Counted from the first letter of the stretch, positions 29,283 to 38,530 are shown. The stretch is 64,000 nucleotides of DNA from Candidatus Nanoarchaeia archaeon (GCA_041651575.1 JBAZJB010000001.1:266609-330608), one strand, 5' to 3'. A program made the numbers and translations. Notes: generated from the letters alone by a model not told the origin.

Positions 29283-31498
29283 AATTATATAATTATTTAA
29301 TATTAATATTTTTATCTTTATTTATAATATCTACTTTTGTATATGCCTTATCTGAATCTTTTTTAATAGAACAAAGCGGGGATAAATTTAATTTAGGTCA
29401 AACTATTTATGGTTTAACGGGTGGAATTAGTGATACTTACCTTCCAATTTTACTTGCAAATCAAGTTTGGGTAGATAGTCAAGGAATAAATACTGGAACT
29501 TATAATTATCAACAATTTTTAGATTTCTATGCGGTAACTAATGTTAGTACAGGAAAAGGTACTGCTGGTTATGTATATCAACAAGACTCAAATAGAGATA
29601 ATAAACCTGTAGATGATTACCTATTTTTTGATAACATCGATACTTATCAAAAATGGGTGTCCTATTGGAATGGGACTGCTGTGGTATCTGGTTATATAAA
29701 TTATACTTCTTACGCATTTGCATGGAATTATACCTTAGATATACTTGGTTCTGAAGTAAAGGTAAAAGATGCATCCGATATTGAAGGTACGGTTTTAACT
29801 ATTTTAGGAACAAATTATACCATTGCAGATGCTACTGTCAGTAATACATCATATGGTATGCTTGATAAGTTAATTTTACTTGGAGGAAATGAAATCATCA
29901 TCTTTGAGGGAGAAACTAAAAATGGAGTTACTGTTACAGGCGTTGATGTTGCTGAAACAAAATGTATAATTCAATATGATAGTACACCTTATATTATAAA
30001 TTTAGGGGAAATTCAAACAATGCCAGACGGTTTAATGATTGGGGTTTTAGACGTGACGTATATGGGAGCAGGTTTAGATATTTGTGAATTAGCTCTCGGA
30101 GCAAAGAAAATTATATTAGAACAAAATAAAGAAGTAGAAGTTAATGGAATTAGAATAGTTAATACTACTGTTAGTTTGAATGATGGAACAACAGGATTTA
30201 ATCAATTATCTATAGTTTATATTCCTACTAACAAAACATATTTGAAAGCAGGAGAATCTTTGAAAGACCCAGTTTTTAATGCATTTGCAATAACTTTAGA
30301 TAAAATTGTTGAATCCACAGAAGAAATTAAAATAGACCCACAAGGAGATAAAGTAAAATTAACTGTTAAAAATAAATTGGGAAATCCACTTAATAATTTT
30401 ACCATATGTCATTTAAATGGAACAAAAGTTTCAGGTGCAAGAAGTTTTGTATGGGGGGATGTTAATAATCCGTTTATTGCTTGGGAAGGTGCCGGGGTAA
30501 ATATTACTAATAATACTATGAATGTAGCAAGATTAGACCAAATGACGGGAATTAGATTCTTAGCAGAAGGGAATAAAGAATCACATATTTATGAAATTAT
30601 AAACATAGATACTTCCGCAAACGAAACAGATATTAAAGAACTTGATACAGGATACATTTATTATAATCTTCCTTATTATGAAGGGCGAGTTACAACTTTT
30701 AGTGATATAAACTATAATATACAATTAGCTTTTGACCAAGATACAAGTACCAAAATGCAATGGATTAATTTTACACATCTTTCAGATGCATATGGTATGA
30801 ACTATTGGACAAAGAATGGTGGAAATATTACTTTTGGTAATACTTCTTCTATGTTAAATCAAAATGCAAATGCTGTTGATAATTGTTCAATTAAATTTGG
30901 TGAAGTTGATGTATCCAAAGAATCAGGAATTCATTTAAAACTTTTGAACTTTACTTTCTTATGGGATTCAACAGACGATGAAATTGAATTTGCAAAATAT
31001 TCTGTTGATGGTTCAGCACAAAGTAAAATTGGCTCAGGTTATTTTGTTCAAAAATATAATAATGATAGTTACACAAAAACCACAAGAACCGAATATGGTA
31101 CTAAAGTTGATATAAATCTAAAGAACGATGGTGAAGCAATAATCTACTATCCAGATGAAGCTACATATGCAGAAGTTAAAATATATGCTTTAGAAAATCC
31201 TCTAACTCCAATTGGCGGTAGCGGGGGGGGCGGTGGTGGTTCGGGTGTAGTTGAATTAATAAAATCTACAAATAAAACTGGAGTTAATGCAATTTCTCTT
31301 CCTCCAAATACAGGATTAGTAAATGCTGAAGATATTTGTGATAGTATAACTTATTCAGATGCTGTAACAAAATGGGACCCTTATACTCAAATGTATAGTG
31401 GACATCCTTGTGGAACACCTGTTAATAATTTTAATTTAGAATATGCTGTTGGGTATTTTGTAAGTATTACTCAAAATTCAACATGGAGTTTACAATGA
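29279..31498 (+). CDS. large secreted surface (glyco)protein with poly-Gly linker and shared C-terminal domain
   Basis: 739 aa; signal peptide; many N-x-S/T sequons; GGSGGGGGGSG linker; C-terminal domain shared with ORF 31483. Confidence 0.5.
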   Translation: MKLYNYLILIFLSLFIISTFVYALSESFLIEQSGDKFNLGQTIYGLTGGISDTYLPILLANQVWVDSQGINTGTYNYQQFLDFYAVTNVSTGKGTAGYVYQQDSNRDNKPVDDYLFFDNIDTYQKWVSYWNGTAVVSGYINYTSYAFAWNYTLDILGSEVKVKDASDIEGTVLTILGTNYTIADATVSNTSYGMLDKLILLGGNEIIIFEGETKNGVTVTGVDVAETKCIIQYDSTPYIINLGEIQTMPDGLMIGVLDVTYMGAGLDICELALGAKKIILEQNKEVEVNGIRIVNTTVSLNDGTTGFNQLSIVYIPTNKTYLKAGESLKDPVFNAFAITLDKIVESTEEIKIDPQGDKVKLTVKNKLGNPLNNFTICHLNGTKVSGARSFVWGDVNNPFIAWEGAGVNITNNTMNVARLDQMTGIRFLAEGNKESHIYEIINIDTSANETDIKELDTGYIYYNLPYYEGRVTTFSDINYNIQLAFDQDTSTKMQWINFTHLSDAYGMNYWTKNGGNITFGNTSSMLNQNANAVDNCSIKFGEVDVSKESGIHLKLLNFTFLWDSTDDEIEFAKYSVDGSAQSKIGSGYFVQKYNNDSYTKTTRTEYGTKVDINLKNDGEAIIYYPDEATYAEVKIYALENPLTPIGGSGGGGGGSGVVELIKSTNKTGVNAISLPPNTGLVNAEDICDSITYSDAVTKWDPYTQMYSGHPCGTPVNNFNLEYAVGYFVSITQNSTWSLQ
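31223..31230 (+). repeat. G8 homopolymer within the Gly-linker coding region of ORF 29279..31498
   Basis: gcggggggggcgg read directly; genome is about 30% GC, so this run is conspicuous. Confidence 0.8.
31364..31435 (+). repeat. 72-bp perfect direct repeat (copy A) shared by surface-protein genes 29279 and 31483
   Basis: Identical to 31987..32058 (gtaacaaaatgggaccc...aataattttaat). Confidence 0.85.
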
Positions 31499-32121
31499 AA
31501 AATAAAATAAAAATCATTCAAATTTTTTGTTTGTTAATGTTATTAAGTTTACCTCTTATATCAGCAGGTACGCCTCACATTAATTGGGGTTATGTAAATG
31601 ATGCTGTAGATGGAACATTAGCAAATGGGGCTAATGTTACGGCTTATATAGAAACAAGACCTACAGAAATATTAACAGATATTGTAGGAGTTACTGGTAA
31701 TTCTGGAATATCAAATGCTTGGTTAATTGATACTGGTAATTTTCCAACTGCTTGGTCAGCAGGGAATAACTTAATAATACAAATTGATAAAAATGGTTAC
31801 AAATCAAACACAAATATAATATTAGATAACTCTGGCTCTCAACAAAGTGTTAATATGACTCTTTCAAAAATTTTAATATTAGTTAAACCTATCAATAAAA
31901 CTGGAGTTAATGCTATATCTTTATTATGGAATAGCCAATTAATTACTGCCCAGGATATTTGTAATGATGTTCAATATTCAGATGCAGTAACAAAATGGGA
32001 CCCTTATACTCAAATGTATAGTGGACATCCTTGTGGAACACCTGTTAATAATTTTAATATAGAAAAGGGAGTAGCTTATTTTGTAAGTGTTACTCAAAAT
32101 TCAACTTGGGTGATGAAATAA
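31483..32121 (+). CDS. secreted protein made of the shared N-domain plus the shared C-domain (minimal family member)
   Basis: 212 aa; N-domain AGTPHINWGY...AYIETRPTEILTD...NFPTAWSAGNNLII; C-domain NKTGVNAISL...TKWDPYTQMYSGHPCGTPVNNFN. Confidence 0.5.
   Translation: MEFTMKNKIKIIQIFCLLMLLSLPLISAGTPHINWGYVNDAVDGTLANGANVTAYIETRPTEILTDIVGVTGNSGISNAWLIDTGNFPTAWSAGNNLIIQIDKNGYKSNTNIILDNSGSQQSVNMTLSKILILVKPINKTGVNAISLLWNSQLITAQDICNDVQYSDAVTKWDPYTQMYSGHPCGTPVNNFNIEKGVAYFVSVTQNSTWVMK
31987..32058 (+). repeat. 72-bp perfect direct repeat (copy B)
   Basis: See copy A. Confidence 0.85.
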
Positions 32122-32141
32122 AAAGAGTTATATATTATTAA

Positions 32142-34832
32142 ATGGACAATATAAAAATGAAAAATAAATTTAAAATAGGATTTTTATCAATTCTCTTAGT
32201 TTTATCTTTAATCTCGGTTAGTAATTTGGTTTCAGCAGGAACACCACATACAGTGTATGGATATGTATTTGATGCTACTGACGGAACATTAGCAAATGGA
32301 GCTACTATTACAGCGTATATTGAATCAAGACCTTCTGAGACATTAACTGGTACAGTGGATGCAACAAATTGGTGGGATATTGATGTAGGTAATTTTCCAA
32401 CTGCTTGGTCAGCAGGAAATAATTTAATAATTAAAGTTGATAAAAGTGGGCATAAAGATACTACAAATATAATTCTTGATACAAGCGGTGCACAACAAGC
32501 TTATGATATGACTTTACTTCCACAATACGATTTAGATTTATCACCAACTACTCAAACGATTAATACGGTTCCAGGAGTAAATTATTATGAATATTATATT
32601 AATATAACTAATATGGGATATGCAAATGATACTTTTCTTGTATATTTGAATGGAGAATATCAGTATACAACTGATGTACTTCCTTCTTATTGGTATACAG
32701 AAGATATGTGGTATTCTAATACTACAGACACTTTAGCAGGTACATATATAGATAATATAACGGTAGTATCTCAACATGATTCAACTAAAAGAAAAACTTT
32801 TTTACTTACAATAATTGTTAATCCAATATATGGCATAGATTTATCTCCAAAAACACAAAGTATTAGTGTATATCAAGGAACAGATTTTGAAGTTAGTTAT
32901 AATGTTACTAATATTGGGAATATAAATGATACTTATTTAGTTTACTTAAATGGAAAATATAATTATAGTATTGATGAACTTCCTTCTTATTGGTCTTCAG
33001 AAGAGTTTTGGGATTATACTGCAGATGAACCTATAGGAACAGTATATACAGACCTATTTTTTGTAATATCAGAACATAATCCAAATGTAAATGATACTTT
33101 TGCATTAACTGTAACAGTTATTGCTCCTCCCTGTGTTCCTAATTGGATTTTAAATTCTACTTGGACAACCTGTAATCTACTTGATTCACAATCTAAAAAT
33201 TATTATGATTCAAATAGTTGTGGAAATGAAACAGGAAAGCCTACAGATATAACACAATCATGTGATTTTTGTACTCCTAATATAATTGCTATAGCACCCG
33301 GAAGCTGTTCAATAAATGATACAGCTACCACAATTTTTGATGACTCAAATAATTGTTATGCTCAAACTGGATTGGAAAGCGACCAAGTTCCAAATCCAAT
33401 TGTAAATTCTTGTGACTATTGTACTCCTTCCATAAGTTCAAGTAATTCAACTTGTGGAACAAATGATTTATTCACAGAAACATTTACAGATTCAAATGGT
33501 TGTTATGCTCAAACAGGACTTATTTTAGATAATGTTCCTTTATCACTACAATATACTTGTGATTATTGTACTCCAAATATCCAAACCACAACAGAAAACT
33601 GTACTACAAGTGATACTTACACTACCACATTCACAGATTTAAATGGTTGTTTTGGTGTAACTGGATTAGTTTTAGACGCTGTTTCTGTACCAACAATAAA
33701 TTCATGTGATTATTGTACTCCATTAATAACCTCCACTAATTCAACATGTCAACCAAATAATACTTCAACAGAAACATTTACAGATTCAAATGGTTGTTAT
33801 GGTTTAACAAATTTAAACGCGGATAAAATTCCAAATCCAATAATATATGGTTGTGTTTATGTAGCCCCTTCTTGTTCTCCCGATAATTGGACATTAAATA
33901 CCACTTGGTCAAGTTGTAATGCAAATGATTTACAATACCAAGTTTATTATGACCCAGATAATTGTAATAATAACACAGGAAAACCTACCGATGTAAGTCA
34001 AGCTTGTGATTTTTGTACTCCAAGTATATTTGATACAAATTCTACTTGTCAATTAAATGATTTATTTACACAATCATTCTCCGATAATAATAATTGTTTT
34101 GCTCAAACAAGTCTTGTAGCAGACAAAGTTCCAAATAGTAATAGTTATTCTTGTGATTATTGTACTCCTTTAGTTGTATTAACAAATTCAAGTTGTAGTA
34201 TTAATGATACCTTTACAGAAAGTTTTACAGATTCAAATGGTTGTTATGCTCAAACAAATTTGGCTTCAGATATAGTAATACCTGCTCCAACATTATATGC
34301 TTGTGATTTCTGTAATCCCTCATTAACATCCACTAATTCAACATGTCAACCAACCAATACTTTAACAGAAATCTTTGCAGATTCAAATGGGTGTTTTGCA
34401 TTAACTAATTTAGTTTCTGATGATATCTTTATTCCTAATCAAATAGTATATAATTGTACTTATGTTGCTCCAGTAACTTCTTCTGGTGGCGGAGGAGGCG
34501 GTGGTGGAGGCGGAGGTTCAGGTAAACCAACCTGTGTTGAAAAAGATTATAATTTCACAGATTGGTCAGAATGTTTAGTAGATGGAAAATCAACAAGAAC
34601 TTATATTTTGAATAATAAAAAATGTATTAAAAATACAAAAACATATGATGTAACTTTATACTTAGAAAAAGATTGTTATTATAAGGAAGAAAAACCAGTA
34701 CAAGAATCAATAGAAGAAGATAGTGGTATGACTGGAATTACTGGTGGGGCAGTTGTAGATGGAAATGGTTTATTTAGTTCAATAGGAGATTTCTTCTCAG
34801 GTATTTGGAATTGGTTTAAAAATTTATTTTAA
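32142..34832 (+). CDS. giant secreted surface protein: shared N-domain, duplicated ~100-aa domain, about 12 tandem Cys-rich ~45-aa repeats (CDYCTP...), poly-Gly linker
   Basis: 896 aa; repeat units SCDYCTP(S/N)I...NSTC...FTDSNGCYAQT(G/N)L; linker SSGGGGGGGGGGGSG. Confidence 0.5.
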   Translation: MDNIKMKNKFKIGFLSILLVLSLISVSNLVSAGTPHTVYGYVFDATDGTLANGATITAYIESRPSETLTGTVDATNWWDIDVGNFPTAWSAGNNLIIKVDKSGHKDTTNIILDTSGAQQAYDMTLLPQYDLDLSPTTQTINTVPGVNYYEYYINITNMGYANDTFLVYLNGEYQYTTDVLPSYWYTEDMWYSNTTDTLAGTYIDNITVVSQHDSTKRKTFLLTIIVNPIYGIDLSPKTQSISVYQGTDFEVSYNVTNIGNINDTYLVYLNGKYNYSIDELPSYWSSEEFWDYTADEPIGTVYTDLFFVISEHNPNVNDTFALTVTVIAPPCVPNWILNSTWTTCNLLDSQSKNYYDSNSCGNETGKPTDITQSCDFCTPNIIAIAPGSCSINDTATTIFDDSNNCYAQTGLESDQVPNPIVNSCDYCTPSISSSNSTCGTNDLFTETFTDSNGCYAQTGLILDNVPLSLQYTCDYCTPNIQTTTENCTTSDTYTTTFTDLNGCFGVTGLVLDAVSVPTINSCDYCTPLITSTNSTCQPNNTSTETFTDSNGCYGLTNLNADKIPNPIIYGCVYVAPSCSPDNWTLNTTWSSCNANDLQYQVYYDPDNCNNNTGKPTDVSQACDFCTPSIFDTNSTCQLNDLFTQSFSDNNNCFAQTSLVADKVPNSNSYSCDYCTPLVVLTNSSCSINDTFTESFTDSNGCYAQTNLASDIVIPAPTLYACDFCNPSLTSTNSTCQPTNTLTEIFADSNGCFALTNLVSDDIFIPNQIVYNCTYVAPVTSSGGGGGGGGGGGSGKPTCVEKDYNFTDWSECLVDGKSTRTYILNNKKCIKNTKTYDVTLYLEKDCYYKEEKPVQESIEEDSGMTGITGGAVVDGNGLFSSIGDFFSGIWNWFKNLF

Positions 34833-35157
34833 AAATACTAATTAAATTATTTGTAATTTCTTTAATAAGTTTATTTAATTGTATTCATTCTTCATATCTT
34901 TATTATAATAGGATTCAGAAAAAACAATAAAATAACCTATTTATTTTCTCTATCAATCTTTTCTCTTATAGCTCCTAAAACAAATTCTGCTCTTGACCTA
35001 TATCCTTTCTTACTCTTTTTCCAGGTTTTATCAATTTCATTGATTAACTCTGAAGGAACACTAACATTTACATAATTTTTTCTCATACTGTATATGTACC
35101 AAAACATTTATATAGCCCTTTTTGTTACCCATACCGTATAGAAAAAGAGGTTAGAAA

Positions 35158-35520
35158 ATGAAAATTAAATTAATAATCGGATTACTTATAATTTCTATAT
35201 TTTTAATAAGTGGATGTAATCAAGAAAATATTAATCCTGCTCCCTTGAATTGGCAAGAATTATTAGATAATTGTCAAAAAAATTTAGATGAATGTAAAAT
35301 GCTTGGAATTCCAAAAATAACAGAATTTACTATTAATACTGAAGATTTAATAGGAAAAAAAATTGACTTTGATATATGTAAAATAGAATGGGTGAAACAA
35401 AACCCAGATTTACCTTTACCTAGTCAATGTTCTATTCAAGTTTGGGGGAACCAATTTCAAAAAAATCCAGATAAATTAATAAATTTAAAAGTTTTTTGTG
35501 ATTGTTGGTATAAAGAATGA
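35158..35520 (+). CDS. small lipoprotein (LISGC lipobox-like)
   Basis: 120 aa. Confidence 0.4.
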   Translation: MKIKLIIGLLIISIFLISGCNQENINPAPLNWQELLDNCQKNLDECKMLGIPKITEFTINTEDLIGKKIDFDICKIEWVKQNPDLPLPSQCSIQVWGNQFQKNPDKLINLKVFCDCWYKE

Positions 35521-36260
35521 AAATGAAAATAATATTGGGGACATTAGTACTTTGTTTATTTCTTATAAGTGGATGTAATAATGGAATAATTTGTAACAAA
35601 CCTTATATTCAAGTAGGAACTGAGTGTTGTTTAGACCAAAATAGTAATTCTATTTGTGATAAAGATGAACCAGAAAAAAATGAAGAAAAGAATTATTCTA
35701 CAATAAATTCTGGTATAATATTACCAGAAGGAAAATGTATTATTAAAGGTTCAGTTGCTCCTACTGTTATAGATGTAACCTGCACCCAAAATAGTGATTG
35801 TTACGAATCTGCTCGAGGTATAGGCACTACTGATATGAGTTTAGTTTATTGTTCTGGAGCCACACAATCAGAAGGAATACAAACTTTTAAAGAATGTAAA
35901 GAGTATGATAAAGAAAAAGGTTTATGGACAGGAACAGTGTTATGTAAAGATAAACAAGATTGTTATGATTTCTATCAAAAAGTGAACCAATATTATAGTG
36001 ATGTTCCAATTCCAGAAACAATGGATTGTAAAGAGACATCATTTAAAAAACTTCCTGATACAAACAATAATTTTATAAGTTGTAATACTAACATAGATTG
36101 TATTGAAAAAATTATGCCTGGAATTAATTCACCAGAAATACCCTCAGAATTACGTTCTTTATATTTAGAATATTATGGTATAAGATGTAATAATAATTTT
36201 TGTGAAGTAAATGAAGGACTCTTTACTCAGTGGGGAAGTAGTTTTGTTAGTAAAATATAA
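35517..36260 (+). CDS. Cys-rich lipoprotein, paralog of chromosomal 12829..13383
   Basis: 247 aa; LISGCNNGIICNKPYIQVGTECCLDQNSNSICDKD. Confidence 0.45.
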   Translation: MKMKIILGTLVLCLFLISGCNNGIICNKPYIQVGTECCLDQNSNSICDKDEPEKNEEKNYSTINSGIILPEGKCIIKGSVAPTVIDVTCTQNSDCYESARGIGTTDMSLVYCSGATQSEGIQTFKECKEYDKEKGLWTGTVLCKDKQDCYDFYQKVNQYYSDVPIPETMDCKETSFKKLPDTNNNFISCNTNIDCIEKIMPGINSPEIPSELRSLYLEYYGIRCNNNFCEVNEGLFTQWGSSFVSKI

Positions 36261-36285
36261 TCTTTCCATTTTTATAATTTAAAGA

Positions 36286-36936
36286 TTAAATAAAAATTTT
36301 ATCTAACTCCACTTTTTCTTTTTCTATACCAATATGCGTATAAATTTGTGTAGCCCTGTTATCTGTATGCCCAAGCATTTTTCCAATAGCCAATAAGTCC
36401 ATACCTTTATTATAAAGATATGTTGCATACGTATGTCTTAATGTATGGAACCTATAATTGAATACTTTTCTGCCCTTACTATCAAATCCGATTGAGGTTC
36501 TTATACCTGCCTTTTCTAAATGACTATTAAATTTTTTTCTCATCACAGAAATGTTATATTGTTTATCTAATCTCAAACGCATAGGGAATAGATATTTACT
36601 ACCTCCTATATACTGCAACCATTTATCCAAAAGTGGAATTAATGGTTTTGGTATTGCTACATTTCTATCTTTACCATATCCTTGAACAGACCTATTTGGA
36701 TTTTTAGAATCTTTTATAGATAAAACTCGATTATATATATCGATGTCTTCTACTTTTAATTTACATAATTCTCCAATTCTTAATCCACAAAAAAACCCTA
36801 ATAAATAAGCCATCATATAAAGAGGTTCATTTACCACCCCAAATAATCTTTTTAATTCTCTTATTTCAAATACTTTTGGTAGTTTATATGGTGATTTCGC
36901 TTTGTCTCCTCTAAACATTTTCGTCAAGCCTCCCAA
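36286..36936 (-). CDS. int: tyrosine recombinase/integrase, catalytic domain
   Basis: 216 aa; GLRIGEL (Arg), HTLRHTYAT (HxxR), TQIYTH (Tyr nucleophile). Confidence 0.7.
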   Translation of the reverse strand: MGGLTKMFRGDKAKSPYKLPKVFEIRELKRLFGVVNEPLYMMAYLLGFFCGLRIGELCKLKVEDIDIYNRVLSIKDSKNPNRSVQGYGKDRNVAIPKPLIPLLDKWLQYIGGSKYLFPMRLRLDKQYNISVMRKKFNSHLEKAGIRTSIGFDSKGRKVFNYRFHTLRHTYATYLYNKGMDLLAIGKMLGHTDNRATQIYTHIGIEKEKVELDKIFI

Positions 36937-37327
36937 TTAATTTTCTTCCCATTTCAAGAATTTCTAAACCCAAACAAGCTTTTTCTCTTTTGAGAACATT
37001 AGCATTTAACATTTTAGCCCGTTTTGGACTTAGCATTTTGTTCTTTATTTTTTCTTTATAATGCTCTGGAATTAATGTAGTATCCAAATAGTTGAATGCT
37101 GTTATTGGACTTATTCCAAATTTTTCCATACCTTCTTTGATTTTCTTCTCTATTTCTGCTAGTTCATATTTGTAATATTTCTGGTTCCTTATCCTCGATA
37201 AATGATACATTATGGTCTTAGTAGATAGCTCTAATTGCGTTATTGTCCTAACCACCAACCTAACGTATTCCGCCTTGAAAAAGACGTCTGTATTCTTCTC
37301 TAATGCCATTTTTCCTATTATATCCAT
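36911..37327 (-). CDS. int: integrase N-terminal (SAM-like/core-binding) domain in a different frame from the catalytic part (frameshifted or split integrase)
   Basis: 138 aa; 26-nt overlap with the catalytic ORF; one indel would fuse them into a ~345-aa integrase. Confidence 0.4.
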   Translation of the reverse strand: MDIIGKMALEKNTDVFFKAEYVRLVVRTITQLELSTKTIMYHLSRIRNQKYYKYELAEIEKKIKEGMEKFGISPITAFNYLDTTLIPEHYKEKIKNKMLSPKRAKMLNANVLKREKACLGLEILEMGRKLIGRLDENV

Positions 37328-37447
37328 CTTAAGTACCTCCTATATTTTAATTTAGATGTCAGAAAAAGGGTTACCCCAAAACTGAAAAAAATAGGTAAAA
37401 AGTACCCAAATAATATAAATTTGGATTTAAATTTTGGTAGTGAGCTC

Positions 37448-37478
37448 AGCAGGTATGTGCATTGATCTAGTGAAAAAA
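37448..37478 (+). repeat. attR-like direct repeat: duplicated tuf 3' end, still encoding ...[11 protein letters not shown]-stop
   Basis: 30/31 identity to 21761..21791; reading frame conserved with synonymous substitutions (tta->cta, aag->aaa) and its own stop. Confidence 0.7.
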
Positions 37479-37504
37479 TAAATTCTTAAAAAATTTGGTG
37501 ATTA

Positions 37505-37906
37505 GTGTACAAAATGAAGTATTATACAGAAAAAGCATTAGGACAACTAATTTGTGAAGAATGTGAAATTGAAGAAGATGCAACTTTTGGTATACAAAAT
37601 GAAACAAGTGCATTAGTTGAAGTTAATATACCAAATCCATTCAAACGTGAAAAAGGTATATTTAAAGATGTCACTCAAAATAATGGTATAAGTGTTATTC
37701 AAGCCATAAGAAAATTTTATCTTGGAAATCAGTTTGAGTTAATAGGAAATGAGCTACAAACAAAAGATTGTGCTGAAAAGGAAATAATTTTTTATACTGC
37801 AGAAGCAAGAAGAAATAAAATAATTCATAAAATTGAAGTATCCATAAGAGATTTAGAATATTTAGATACTTTTTTAATTTATATTCAAGGAAATAGACCA
37901 TTATAA
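37505..37906 (+). CDS. hypothetical protein
   Basis: 133 aa. Confidence 0.3.
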   Translation: MYKMKYYTEKALGQLICEECEIEEDATFGIQNETSALVEVNIPNPFKREKGIFKDVTQNNGISVIQAIRKFYLGNQFELIGNELQTKDCAEKEIIFYTAEARRNKIIHKIEVSIRDLEYLDTFLIYIQGNRPL

Positions 37907-37948
37907 AAAAACTTAAAGGTCTAATTTCCATAAAACAAAATTCTTTTT

Positions 37949-38443
37949 TTAAAATATTTTAGAAAATAATTTACTTAGTGATTCATCGTCGGCAATTTGC
38001 ACAAATTCTTTTGGAGGCACAGCAAAAAAATCCATTTGTGATTTACTAGAAATATGTTTTTCTACTCCAGATTCTAAAACCTTTGAAACAGGAATCCATA
38101 ACCAAGTTTTAAAGTCAGAACTTTCATTAGATAATACATACCAGATATGTAAATTAAATTTTCTTTGTAAAGAAGAATAAATTTTTGTTTCTTGACTATC
38201 TAAAGGATAAGTTTTGTATTCTGGATGAATATTTTTGTATTTAACATCAATAAATATAAAACCAAAATTTGGAATAAGTATCATAAAATCTGGTCTTTTG
38301 CCTTGAACATTCTTAAATACATTAGAAAAAGTTTCTTGATCTTGCTTAATATAAAAATATGGAATATTATGTTTATCTAACCAAAATTTAAATCTCCTCT
38401 CAGTTTCCTCTCCTTTTTCTCTACTTTCATTATCATAATTCAT
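37949..38443 (-). CDS. NERD-like / PD-(D/E)xK nuclease-fold protein
   Basis: 164 aa; N-terminal GEETERRF..., RPDFMILIPNFGFIFIDVKY (D...D/E-x-K). Confidence 0.35.
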   Translation of the reverse strand: MNYDNESREKGEETERRFKFWLDKHNIPYFYIKQDQETFSNVFKNVQGKRPDFMILIPNFGFIFIDVKYKNIHPEYKTYPLDSQETKIYSSLQRKFNLHIWYVLSNESSDFKTWLWIPVSKVLESGVEKHISSKSQMDFFAVPPKEFVQIADDESLSKLFSKIF

Positions 38444-38530
38444 AATATGTGAGGATTATAATTATATTTAACTTTTTTGGAAAACAAAAATCTTTATAAA
38501 TCCCTTATTTTATTAAATCTTAAAGAAAAA

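Larger units (their letters stand above)
21761..37478. mobile_element. integrated element of about 15.7 kb (provirus or integrative plasmid) inserted in the 3' end of tuf, between tuf and rps10
   Basis: Flanking 31-bp direct repeats; the second copy still encodes ...[11 protein letters not shown]-stop (tuf C-terminus) with synonymous changes; tyrosine integrase next to attR; XRE/metallopeptidase/AbrB/RHH regulators; dense overlapping small ORFs; interrupts the universal EF1alpha-S10 linkage. Confidence 0.65.
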
